In this document: positions 1 through 12,537 of the stretch, piece after piece
How positions within the stretch are numbered: position 1 is the first letter of the stretch
Layout: each line of letters starts with the position of its first letter
Assembly: GCF_009914755.1 (NCBI RefSeq)
Contig: NC_060925.1
Source: the human T2T-CHM13v2.0 reference genome, Homo sapiens
Direction: 5' to 3' (one strand)
DNA: 64,000 bases
The notes under the pieces: model-generated
What the model was told of the DNA's origin: nothing
Databases searched by the model: none
What the model saw: only the letters and a program-made list of their open reading frames with translations
Translations under genes and position numbers: made by a program

Positions 1-1189
1 AGCTCCAGAGAATTTGACCTTGGGGTGAAGACCTAGCCGCAGTGAGGTTTGCAGGTGGACTGCAGCTGGCCCTGTGCACTTTGGGGCAAAGTGCTCCCCG
101 GGGTCTGTTCTGTCTGCCGGGAACAGATATGTGATGTGGCACTTCCCACCACCCCAGGGATGGGCTACTGTCCCTCCTCAGAGGGACCATCGGGCCCTCA
201 TCAACATCACCTCCACGGTCTTTCCTCCTCCTCCTCGCTGCCTTTCTTTCATTCGCCGGGCCCCAACCGCTTCCAGAGCTCCTTATACATTTGCTACGAA
301 TCTTTATTTCCAGATTAGTCACCATGCACACAAAATGGAGCGTCCCTGATTTGAGGAGCAAAAACAGTGATTACTAGATTGGTTCTCTCTCACAGAATGT
401 GGAGGAACAAACAATGCCACACAATTTTAGTTTGTATAGCGTCTTTCAAACCACGCAATGCCCCGGGCACAGCGCGGAGTTGCTGTAAATAATACAATAA
501 CCGAGATAAACATACTAAAAATCTTTGCATCGAGCTTCCTTTTGTCCTGCTATACTCAGCCAGGGAGGCTGGAAGGAAAGAGATGGGGAAGGTGCAGCCC
601 CCAGACCCTGGGGGAAAGCCAGTGGGGGCTCGGGGTGCGGCTGGAGGGAGGCAATGTGGGAAGGGAGGTGGTGGGAACTGCAGTCAGAAACAGCTGCGTT
701 CAAATGGGGTCGGGGATGGGGGAGACTAGTGGAGAGGTAGGTTGGGGGCAGGGTGGGTCAAGTAAAGTAGGCCTGCTTTCGGGCGGGCTCCCTCATTCAG
801 CCAGGACTAGGGAGAAGTCAGGGTAGAGGATGAACAGGAGAGGTTGCTCTTTTTCTGGACATCTTTATGCTGTCATAGAACACACACAGGTGAGTTGGGT
901 CTTGGCTGTTTTATTAACATACTTTACAACTCAGTGTTGTTTCCCTGAACCTTAACTTTTCCATGAGGCAGGTGATACCGGTCATTAAATTCCCTTCCAG
1001 ACCTGATGGTCATTGATTTTGTAGCCCCCACAAATTCCCATGGTGTGACACTGTCAGGGGTCCCGGCCACATGCTCTCTGACTGAGGGGAAAGGACAGAG
1101 CTCCCCATTCCCCCCAGCTTCCATGGGAGCAAACCCCCAGCTCCCGCTCCTGGCCTTACTCTTGGAGCACGAGGGTGATGCTGAGAAAC

Positions 1190-1395
1190 GTGATTGTGAC
1201 CTTGAGTGAATGAGCAGTCTGCATTTGAATCTTCCTGTGGGGTCTTGGGTTTTGCCAACCTTAAATAGGCATAAAGACACCTACTCACAGGGTTTTTGTG
1301 AGGATGAACTGATGTGTGTGCATGAAATAATATGTGCAAGGTGCCCAGGGTCGTGTGTAACACAGTGCTTGTACACTAAATGGGGGTAGTGATTC
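1190..1395 (+). mobile_element. MIR SINE fragment
   Basis: tgtgaccttgag...acctactcacagggtttttgtgaggatgaa resembles the MIR core and 3' half. Confidence 0.65.
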
Positions 1396-2439
1396 TTAGT
1401 ATTTTAATTATTGATGATGGTGACTTGATCCACTGAGAGGGAACACAGCTTCGCCCTGAGGAGAGCATTTGGGGACCAAGGGTGAGGTTGCAGGGGTGCA
1501 AGGAGAGGCGTCTGGGTGCTCTGGCCTGCTAGACCCACCCTGAGCACTGGGCGGCAGCTGACTCTGGGATGGGCCCCTGGAACTTGCTCTCATTTTCAAG
1601 TCGTTGGAGCTTTGTTCATCAGTTCCTCCTAATTTGGGTGAAGTTCGCCATATGGAGAGCAGGGAACAGTGTTAAAAAAGCTTTCACACATAGATAGCAC
1701 AGCACTTTCTCTGCTAAATGAGGACTCTCTTCCCCAGTACAGATTTCACACGCCGATCTCCAGGGTGTTGAGTTCCCTTGTCAACAGGGGTGGAGTTGTT
1801 GAGGCTCTTGGAGCCATTGTCTCTGGCTGGCCGGGTCCTGTTCCGACCCCAGGAGAAATCCCATCTTCTTTTTCCTCCCCCGGGGTGAGCGTTTTCTAGC
1901 CCTCTCAGGTGAAACAGCTTTACTTCCAAGGCCAGGCAGAGTGTACTCAGCTCCCCCCAGCTGCAGGTGGCTCGGCTGCCAGGCCCGGCTCACCGGGGTC
2001 TCCTGGGGCTCCCTCTGGATGCTGCTCTTGTGTTGCGTTTCCCGTCTGGAAGGGAGCTGGGTTGTTCTGAATTGAGCCCAAGCTCCCAGTTCCCCAACCC
2101 ACGCACATTCTCTGGAACTTTCTCTCTCAGCCAAGACATCTGCCACGTGTGACTCCCTATCCTTCTTCCTCTATGTCCCCCTGGCCTGACTGCCTCAGTG
2201 CAGTTACTTTGGCTGTTAAGTAAACCTCTCAATGTGTCTTCTGGTGGCTTAAGTGTGCTGTTCTTCACCTCTGATGATGCCCCTCCTAGAGGTGCTCCAG
2301 AGTGCTCTCCCTCAGCCAGCAGCAAAAGGTCCCATCCAAGTTATCCACATTGTCCGGTTTTGTCTGCTCTCAAAGGGGCTGCCATTAGCTGGGATCAGTA
2401 AGCAATTTGTTGGGCTTCAACTCTTTTTTTGGTGACAAA

Positions 2440-2680
2440 AATAATGGTGGTAATTAGCCATTGATTGAGCACTTACTATGTGCTGGGTCCTACCTAGTAT
2501 TATCTCATTTTCTACTCACAGTAACCAGGCATGATCTATTTAACTATCCTGACTTTAAAGAGGAGGAACCTGAGAGGCAGAGAGGTTAAGTGACTGGCAC
2601 AACTAGTTAGTGGCAGAGCTGATGTTCAAACCTAGATCTACAGACTCCATATCTGTGCAATTTCCTTCAGCATACTGCCC
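2440..2680 (-). mobile_element. MIR SINE
   Basis: ttgagcacttactatgtgctggg...gaggaacctgagaggcagagaggttaagtgact...gttcaaacctag is the reverse complement of MIR. Confidence 0.85.
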
Positions 2681-3796
2681 CCGTCTGTCTCAGTGCTAAC
2701 ATTCAACTGCAACCAAAGATGCCCTACTCAGGGGTCAGGGGCAAAAACTATACACAAATAGAACTGAAGAATGAAACTAAAAAGGGGTATAGGAAGAGAG
2801 CTAGAATTTTTCTAGGCTGGCTGGCTTTGTGGAATGCTGTCCTGTGTTGGGAGAGAGAAGTGAGCTGCATGTGTCAGGGTCTGTGGCTTTGTTCCAGTGG
2901 AAATCTGCCACCTACATGGGTTTGGCTGTCCTTGGCACCCCTGCACAGCACAGCAGGGTCTGGCTTTGCCACCCTGTGGGAGGAAGAGGAGCTTGAAATT
3001 GTTTTTGAGATATTTTCATTGATTTTCTTTAATGCACGGAAACATTTCCATTCACACATGAGCTTAGTTGATGCGGAGAAGAGAAAAGATTTGACACAAA
3101 TTTAGGGGGCTGGGTGGAGCTCAGGGAGGGAGCCTGAGTGCCTTGTCGATTGCTCTTCAATTTATCAGTATTTTCCTGGAGTTCCTTTGCAAAGCCCTCT
3201 GCTTAATCTCGCCACTGCGTGGGAGGATTGGAAGAGGAAATGTGGCTTCCCAGGTCCCTTGGCTTCCAGATCTGTTTAAGCTGGGCAGCTCGGCCCCTGC
3301 TCTGTTTAAACCCATGTGCTGAAACTATAGCACCAAAGCTGTCCTGGTTTTCTCAGAGAGTATGTAGCCTTCAGGTTAGAGTTCTAGGTTCCCAAAAGGA
3401 AAAAGTAGGGTAAAGTGGGACAGCCATGCATTGTGGGGTATGGGATATGATGTGAGGCCCAGAGCAGAGGTGCACTCCCACCTGTAATTTACAATGGAAA
3501 CAACTCTACACTGTGAAACAGCTGTCAGAACGGCCCTGAAGCTCCAACAATGCTTACAGACAAGACAAAAAGGCAAAAGCAAAGCATCATGGATCTGGTT
3601 CTTAAGGAGACCTATCCTGGTGGAGGGTAGTGAGGAGTGTGAGTAGGAGTGGGTGTGGCAGGAGAGAGAAAAACTGGAATCCCAGTTGTCTGCTTCACGG
3701 CCCATTCCTGAGGGCTGCCAGAGTCCCCAAGGCCCACAGGTGAATGTCCTCAAAGCCTCACAGAAGGCTCCCCCTCAATTTCCCTTGGTTGACCCC

Positions 3797-4531
<735 letters not shown>

Positions 4532-4599
4532 GTCTGTCTCTTCATTAGGTATGTCTTTTTCGGTTAGCCACTTGTAAAATTTGAATGAGACCAAATAGT

Positions 4600-4825
4600 A
4601 TAGTGAGAAAAACATGGGTTTGACATCCATACAGGGCTATGTTCTAACCCTGGGGCTCCAGGTTGCCAGCTGTGTGATGGTGGAACCCACCACCCCTCAG
4701 CCTCTCTTACCCCTGCTTCCTCAGTGGAAATGACTGGTCAAATCTCTCTTTCATTGATTGAATGTGAGGTTGAATGAACTAAAGGGCCTGGTGTGGTACC
4801 TGCTACGTGGTAGGTGCTCCCAACA
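4600..4825 (+). mobile_element. MIR fragment
   Basis: gccagctgtgtga...ctgcttcctcagtggaaatg...tacgtggtaggtgctc. Confidence 0.55.
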
Positions 4826-5074
4826 CTTCTGTGAGGCACAGAGAAAGGTTGTTACCATCCTGGCTTGCAGATAAAGGTGCTCAGGCTTGGAGATGACCTG
4901 ACCTGGAGGCAGCATCACAGCCATCTCTGGCAGACCCTGGGTCCCCGTCTCCCTCTGCCTAGTGTGGTAATAGTGCCAACCTCATGGGATTGAATTTACT
5001 ATTTATGTGTTTTAACCTTGCTTCTTCCCTTGCTAGACCCCAAGTTCCTAGAGGACTGTGACTAAACTTACTCA

Positions 5075-5605
5075 CTTTTTTTTGGTATTATTTTTTATTG
5101 TGGCAAAATATACATAAAAGTTACCATTGAAACCATTTTAAAGTGTACAGTTCAGTGGCACTAAGGACATTCACATCGCCACTGTCCAGCTCCAGAATTT
5201 TTTCATCTTCACGAATGGAAACTCTGTACCCGTTAAACACCAGCTCCCATTCCCTCCTTCCTCCAGCCCTCATCTCTATGAATTTAACTTCTCTAGGTAC
5301 TGCATATAAGTGAAATCATACAGTATATGTCCTTATGTGACTAGCTTATTTCACTTAGCATAATGTCTTCAAATGGTTCATCCATGTTGTAGCATGTGTC
5401 AGAATTACATTCCTTTTTAAGACTGAATATTCTATTATAGGTATATGCCACATTTTGTTTATTCACTCATCTGTCAATGAATATCTGGTTTGTTTCCACC
5501 TTTTGGCTATTTTGAAGAATGCTGCTATGAACATTGGTGTACAAATGTCTGTTTGAGTCCCTGCTTTCAATTCTGGAAATATGCAGAAGTGGAATTGCTG
5601 GGTCT
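5075..5605 (-). mobile_element. L1MB-type 3' end, inserted in an L2 3' end (about 5020-5720)
   Basis: aaagtgtacagttcagtggca, ctagcttatttcacttagcataatgtcttc, agaagtggaattgctggg; L2 tail gtttgttgaatgaat follows; TSD-like aacttactcacttt / accttatttacctt. Confidence 0.85.
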
Positions 5606-6907
5606 AACCTTATTTACCTTTGTATTCTAAGGGTTGATTATAGTATCTATAAAACCTTATTACTTATTAAGTGTTTGTTGAATGAATACATTAAGGAATG
5701 AGTGATTGAGTGAGTTGTTGAATAAGGAAAGAAACAATGAAGAGGAACTAGGCGAGGAGAAAGGGAGTCATCCTGACAGTGGGCATCATGCAGTCCATGG
5801 ACTGTATTAGAAGGAAGGAGAAGGGAGTGGTCAGATTTTGCAAGAACTGTCCAACACATTGTTTGTATTGACACCATATTACACCTGCAAGGATTCAACC
5901 AAGGCATCTGCCTAATGCTTCCCTCAAAAAATTCTTCCAGAGGTAACAGAAGTACCAATAGGTTGATGCTCTTGCTTAATTACTACGGTGACCCAGGACA
6001 CATTAGAAATTGGTCTGAAATGTTACACTTGCAGGGAACAGCCCTGAAGGCCTTTCCACCCACAGAAAAACCTGGAGTTTCACTAGCAAGGCATCCCTGT
6101 GACTTCTTCAGGCACCTACTTCCAGGAGCTCTGCAGACATGTGCCTACTTCATGTGTATCTTCTTGGCCTTGCAGAACCAGCTACAGGCACTGCCCACAT
6201 GACCTGCTCCTTTTCCATCTGACACGAATGTCATGTGGCTGAATGTGACTTTATTTGTTTTTCTTTTGTTCGGAGCTGAGGACAAGCTGCCCATCTTCCT
6301 CTGAGCCCTGGATGCTGGGAGGCTGTGATTGGCAGCAGCCCAGGATGAGAGAGAAATGCGCCTCAGGTAGCAGATCTGCCAGAAAAATTCTGGCCAGTCT
6401 GGGCTCATTTCACCCCATTCTTGATGGCAGGAGTTTTGTATTTCTCTGGGCAACTCCCTCCTCTCATCCTTCAACCAGCCCCTAAGAAACTCAAGTCCCA
6501 GAGGCAGCAGCATCGGATCTGAGGCTTTCTTCTCATTTTGTCAGCTCATCGCCCAGATTTAGCCACCAGTTTGACAAGGAGAGTACCCAGGAGGGTGGCT
6601 TTGGGGGGTGAGGATGTCGACTGCAAATAGCTCAGCCAAGGCTCACTGCTGAAAACTTTATTTAAAAACTGCAGCATCACGCCGACCTTCTCTCTCTAGG
6701 TAGCTGAGAAGCCAGCAAGAGGAAAGGACTTCTTTCCTATGTCAAGCCTCTGTTAGTTCCAAGTGTTAGCAAATGCTCATCTTGAGGCACAGTTTCTTTC
6801 CTTATTTTGCCTTTAAAGTGGGAGCCTTGGAGGGGGAGCGGCAGGGGGCTGGTGGGGAAGGCAGGCCCAGAGGGGAGGCGGCGGGAGGAGGGGGCATGGG
6901 CTCGGTG

Positions 6908-7074
6908 AATAGCGAGCTCAAGAGCTCTTCTGCACAACGAGATTAGCGCGATGTGAGCATTTCCATGCCAAGGTGCTAACGCAATAATACACGCGAGTTT
7001 GCCAACTTTTCAAATTGAATGTATTTGATTATTTGCTTTTAATTAGTGTGAGTTTTGGAGTATGTACAGGATTG
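6908..7074. promoter_or_regulatory. Putative enhancer module, copy A of a diverged direct duplication
   Basis: Collinear similarity to 8710-8893 seen directly; TGCCAA x2, TAATTA, CTCAAGAG motifs; G-rich GC-box-like stretch upstream. Function is inferred. Confidence 0.55.
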
Positions 7075-8709
7075 TCAGGGATACATGCAAAGCCTCCTAC
7101 AGCCCATGAAGCCTCCCCTTGGTAAAGATGGTCCGGGATTGTTCTTTTTTAGCTGTGGAGAATGAGATTTAACAGCTCTGTTAAATGTTTTAGCCCATTT
7201 CCATTGTGCCTCTGTTTCAACCTATTGGCAAGACCAATTGAAGTGAGAAAATAAACCTCTTATCTGATCTGAATGCTGAGAGCTGCTCCTAAGAAGACTT
7301 TTCCAACTCAACTTCGGCTTTCTACGAACATCCCTGTTTTGTTTTTGTTTTGTGTTTTCTTTTCTTGTTCTTTCCAAAGGTGGCTGTTAAGCTGGCTTTC
7401 TCTCTTTTCCCTTCTCTATAAGTACATTTGAGGGAACATCTACACACATGAAAAAAAAGTAGATGGCAGGGAGGGAGAGGGGAAGAAATGGGTTTAGGTA
7501 ACTTAGAAGCGTTTCGAGAGCTCTTTCTATCTGCCAAAGGCTTCAGAGCATTGGAGGTTTGTATCTCTCCATATGGTGCTGCTCAGGATGGCTGGTGCCC
7601 TTGTGTTACTCCAGGGGATAACAAGGCCATGGGCCTGGCCCAGGCCAGTGAGTGGTCAAGTTGGGTTTGAGCGTTAGTGCCCATGCTCCCATCTGCACCC
7701 TGATGGACAGTGCTCTCCTGGCTGGAATACCAGCTACTGCGACTTTCATTTTGTTGTTGTTTTATGCAGGATTTCACACCCTATTTCTCTTGGGCATTTT
7801 GCAGGCAATGGTCTTTTACCAAAATAAACCAAGTCCTTTTGTAGGCCCAAACTTCAAGAAGCAGGATGAGGTGTAGCAGCCCCTTCCCATCCTTCTTCCC
7901 TACCTGTTATATTTACTAAAGAGAAAAAGTATGTTGTGAGAGGCTTCCTCCGCCAGCACCGCTCTTCTTCCAGCATCCTCAGGCCTGTCCCTCAGCTTGC
8001 CTCTGTCCCAGGGCACTGTGACAAGGACAGAGGCTGAAGCCCACCCTCACATAGCCAGCCACTTTGTCCCTTCCTGCCCCAAGCTCACATCGCTGTTCCA
8101 GCAACTCACCAGGGCCACGGAGGAGCCGCCATGTAGCAGGGAAGCAAGACCCCTCATCCACATTCTGAGGATGGCCGCCCGCTCACCCATTACCTACACA
8201 ATCTCTCAGTTACATTAAAAAAAAATCTTTCCCCCCCTTAACAATAGAGAGGAACAAATGGTTGACAAATAACAACAGCAGCAGCTCTCCAACAAAAGCA
8301 CGCAATTATTACAATTATACTATCCTTGATTAGGCTGCCATGCATTGCATTTCAATGTAATTGATGTTGTAGGTTGACACATCGGACACCAAATATTCTC
8401 GCCTGTCCCTTCTCTCTTTTGTTTCAGAAGCTGATTTGCATTTTCTATGCTTTTAGTAATGAAGACTTAGCACTTTTCCTCCATTAGAAAAAAAAAGAGA
8501 GATACAATAATCTGCAACTCGGCACTTGTTTAAGGATTCTGACCCTCGAAAATACCACTTTGCTTCACACATTAGCTGCTTACAAAGAAGGAAGCTAATG
8601 TATCATCTAATTGGGCAAACCACTGCATCTGATTTCTCTCAATCAGACTATTAGCTTCGTAATTACCCATCTGCCTCGTGTGGAAAAACGGCAAGGCGCA
8701 CACCCAGCT

Positions 8710-8893
8710 AATAACGTTCTCAAGAGCTCTCCACCACAATGAGAGGAGGCGACGTGGAGGGATATGGTCTCTAACCATTTCGGTGCCAAGGTGGCCACAC
8801 AATGCAGGAGGGCTTTGCCAACCTTCCCCCGCCTGAATGTGTTTAATTATTTGTCTTTAATTAGTCAGAGTTTTTGAGGTCTGTTCAGGATTG
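8710..8893. promoter_or_regulatory. Putative enhancer module, copy B of a diverged direct duplication
   Basis: Collinear similarity to 6908-7074; lies at the end of a repeat-free, motif-rich block (8220-8900). Function is inferred. Confidence 0.55.
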
Positions 8894-8899
8894 CTGTCC

Positions 8900-8941
8900 C
8901 TGCTGCTGCTGCTGCGGTGGCGGTGGTGGTGGCCGGGGCGG
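8900..8941. repeat. (CTG)5 followed by GGT/GGC triplets and a GGGGCGG GC box
   Basis: ctgctgctgctgctgcggtggcggtggtggtggccggggcgg. Confidence 0.8.
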
Positions 8942-11426
8942 ATGCTGAAGGATGGTGACCAGCGGGAAGGTGGGGAGGCTTCCCGTGGCCTCTGCAGGAG
9001 ACGCTTGGGTTGAGGGAGGAATGTCCCCGAGTTTGGCAGGTGTCCTCGAGAGAGAATAAAGATTCTCCCAAGATTGGAGTAGAGTGTTTTATACCTCTTT
9101 TTGTTCCTTTTCTTCTTCTTCTGTGGTTGAGCCCCCTTTTTCCCCATGTGGGTGAAGCTGCACCCTTTGCGGCAGAGCCAGAGTTAACCTGAGGACGAGG
9201 ACATCAGTGGTGGCCTCCGCACTGCCAGGGTGTGAACATTCTGACTGCCAGGTGACCTCTCCAACTGGCTGTGGTTTCTCCTGGCTCCCTTGTGTCTGGT
9301 ATTGTGTTCTAAACACCCTTTGGTTCAGTTTGGCTGCGGGAGGGCTTTTCTGCAGTCTGAATGAAGTTGTGAGTCCTGGGGCAGGTTGTGGAAGGCCTTC
9401 TTTTCTCCTCCTTCATAACCTGGGAGAGAAGGCTGGGCCACCTCATGCCCTCGGGGACTGGGGTGGCACGTGGATTTATTTGGGAAGGCTGGTAGGGCCG
9501 ATTTTGGTGCAGACTCAAGTGAGTTTTTGCGGTCTCCTTCCCCCGCAACTAGAGTAGCTCAGCCATTATTTGTATATCCTTCTATGTCAATTTTATTTGA
9601 ATAAAGGATTATGACTAAAATTTTTGAGACCAACTGGACACATATGGTTCGGCTACTAATGTCTAATGACTTAATGTCTATTTCAGGTCACTGAGCTGTG
9701 CCTGTTGGGATACCAGTATTCACTATCTAATGGTTGGTTAATTTAGCCCCATCACTGCTGCCGTTTAAATAGGCTAGCATATCAAATGGAGTCTTTTGGG
9801 GCTAACACAGTGATGAATTTTGCTTTTTTGTATTCTTTCGTAGTCAACATTTAATTGTGATATGATCTGAAAGACTCTGTGGTAGCTAATACTGAAGTAT
9901 TAGATTGAGAACAGACATTTACATATTCAGTCTATCATCTAGGAAAACATAAAATAAAACCCCTACTATGTTTGTGTTATGATGACAGGCCCTCTAGCTG
10001 CTATGTATACTGGATGTAGCTCCTGTCTAATAGAACTTTGAGTTATAAATAAAAGGCAAGTTTGTTCCTTAGGCAAGTAAGAGCCCAAGTCTCAGAAGTC
10101 ATCTGGTCTTGCTAAATGCTCCATCATGTTGGCCAGAGTTTTCCCATGTGGATGCATGGCACAAACTCTCCCACTTCAGCCAAATCACTGCCATCTTATA
10201 GTGCTCAGGCTTCCAGAAGTCAGTTCTTTTTATCTGTTTATAATATTGCATTGAAAGAGTTTGACTGATCTGTGATATTTTCCCTATTTTCTCTATAGGA
10301 AAACTGGGGACATTAAGAGCCATATGTATCTCTTTGTGTTTTGGAACTTTGTGGAAGATGCTGTCACTGCATCATACAGAACCTTATTTTTATAAAGACC
10401 ATCTAAGAATTTTTTGTAGGTCTCTGTTTAAGGAAAGGTTCCGCTTCCCTTGAACCATATGCACACCCTGTATTTTATAACTGATGATCTTTTCCTTTTT
10501 GCTTTGGCTACTAGGAACCTCAAAGGCCAAATTTTAGCCCATATCCATAGGCTTGATAGGACTAGATGGCCTTTATTTTATGTGCTAATGTCACTAAAAC
10601 TTTATTATTTTTCTGTCCATTTATAAATCATATTTTTTTGCTCTGGCTCCTATAAATATTTATTTTTCTTAAATCGTTTTGAATTATTATATGCATTTTT
10701 GTACAGTATCTAAATACTTGGTTGAAAAATGTCCTAGTGCAGAGACCAGAGAGGTTAAGTCATTTGCCTAAGTCACACAGGAATGAATGCAGTCAAGAAG
10801 TCTTTCTTGTGCCAAGAGCAGGTTTTTCCAAATGTTCTCGTGTTAGCTATGAAATCTGCTAAAATCAGCTTACCTTGTGATCGGCTCTGGCTTCTTAATT
10901 TATCTTTGGCAAGGTTCACATAATTTGTTAGCCTCCATTACAGCTTTCTTACTCTTCCCTGAAAGTCTAGGATGCTAAGCAGTAGGAATCCATCCAACAA
11001 CATCCAGGGACTGAGGCAAAAGAAAAGATGCTCTCATGGCCTTCTGTGCTGTGGGGTTGACTTCCTGGTCTTCACAGTTGTGGTACCTGCCATTCCTTCT
11101 GTTATACTCTGAGAAGTCACGGTTTGCTACAGCCTCTGCATGGCCTTGAGGTCAAGGTGAGAAGTGACTTCCTCTCTCAGGGAGGAACTACAGAAGACCA
11201 GGGAACAGGTTTTCTGCCTCAGACTTTTCAGGAGCCTCACAGAGGCTGCCTCCTTTCAAACCAAGTTATATGAGAGAGTCTGGGACCTGTCAAACAGCTG
11301 CCTGGACACGCTCTCATTTTAGCTCCAAATGTGAATCATCTGTTTAGAGCAGGCCTATAGCAATCATCTTTTATTAGTTTTTACTTACTTTAAGCAGAGC
11401 CATTCTCCAGAGGCTGATATGAGAGA

Positions 11427-11757
11427 CCTTCCCTTCCTTTCCCTTCCTCTCTTCTTTTTTACCTCCCTCTCTCTCCACCTCCCTCCCTCCCTCCCTTCCT
11501 CTCCCCTCCCTCCCTCCATCCCTCCCTCCCTTCCTTCTTTCCTCCCTCCCTTCCTTCCTTCCTTCCTTCCTTCCTTCCTTCCTTCCTTCCTTCCTTCCTT
11601 CCTTCCTTCCTTCCTCTTTCTCTCTCTCTCTCTCTTTCTTTCTTTCTCTCTCGCTCGCTCTTTATCTCCCTCCCTCCCTCCCTTCCTGCCTCCCTCCCTC
11701 CCTCTCTCTCTTTCTTTCTTTCGTCTTTCCTCTTTCTCTCTCCCCCTCTCTCTTTCT
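11427..11757. repeat. Compound polypyrimidine microsatellite (CCTT)n/(CCCT)n/(CT)n/(CTTT)n
   Basis: About 330 bp of almost pure C/T with a perfect (CCTT)n core near 11548-11612. Confidence 0.97.
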
Positions 11758-12190
11758 TGTGCTATAACTTTACTTGACAATCAGCAGCGATTAGTTCTCA
11801 TATCCATTGACTGTGTAGATTTTTCAAAGTGGTGACAGATGCGTAGGTAACCAACACAGAGAGCTTGTTTGCTGAACCCTCATCTTCGTTATATTTTCTG
11901 GACAACCTCACGTGGACACAGTATGAGACACTCCTCATTCCTTTGGCCCAGAGAGCTTTGTTGATTCTGGTGTCAATGTGCACATCTGGAATTCCCATCT
12001 CTTTCATGGCAAGTTTCTGGATCTCTTTGAGTGCCCAAGGGCCACACTTCTTGAGGTCCACTCGATGGCTGCCCTTGTGACTGTTGATGATGTGCTTTCT
12101 GGTCACCACTTCATTGACATCAGAATAGCCCCTTTTCTTCTCACTACCCTTTTTGTAGGAGCTATTCTGTTGCGCCCAGGTTGGAAAAAA
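11758..12190 (-). pseudogene. RPL31P: Processed pseudogene of 60S ribosomal protein L31 (eL31)
   Basis: ORF 11798-12109 ([32 protein letters not shown]...[16 protein letters not shown]) matches RPL31; intronless; ATG mutated to ATA (12163-12165); frameshifts near both ends; native stop at 11791-11793; UTR remnants with a degenerate AGTAAA signal. Pseudogene number not assignable. Confidence 0.96.
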
Positions 12191-12238
12191 AAATCTGGGA
12201 GTTTATTTTCAAAGACCTCCCCTGAAGTAGGATGTTCC

Positions 12239-12537
12239 TTTTTTCTTTTTTTCTTTCCGAGACAGGGTCTTGCTCTGTTGCCTAGGCTGGAGTGCAGTGG
12301 CACAGTCACAGCTCACTGCAACCTCTGCCTCCTGGGCTCAAGTGATCCTCCCACCTCAGCCTCCTGAGTAGTAGCTGGGACCACAGGCATATACCACCAT
12401 GCCCAGCTAAGTTTTGTGCTTTTTGTAGAGATGGAGTTTTGCCATATTTCCCAGGCTGGTCTCTAATACCTGGACTCAAGTGATCCACCTGCCTCCTAAA
12501 GCCCTGGGATTACAGGTGTGAGCCACCATGCTAGGCC
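12239..12537 (-). mobile_element. AluJ element
   Basis: gagacagggtcttgctctgttgcctaggctgg...cctgggctcaagtgatcctcccacctcagcc...gagccaccatgctaggcc. Confidence 0.95.

Noticed and set aside
8857-9147. 96-aa minus-strand ORF with a basic NLS-like start and His/Ser runs
   Set aside because: The composition comes from the CTT-rich and CTG/GGT triplet tracts; no family similarity
11385-11835. 131-aa and 138-aa ORFs (ERKEGR / LPSF repeats)
   Set aside because: Translations of the microsatellite
11798-12109. RPL31-like ORF as a functional retrogene
   Set aside because: Start codon lost (ATA), frameshifts at both ends, many non-conservative substitutions
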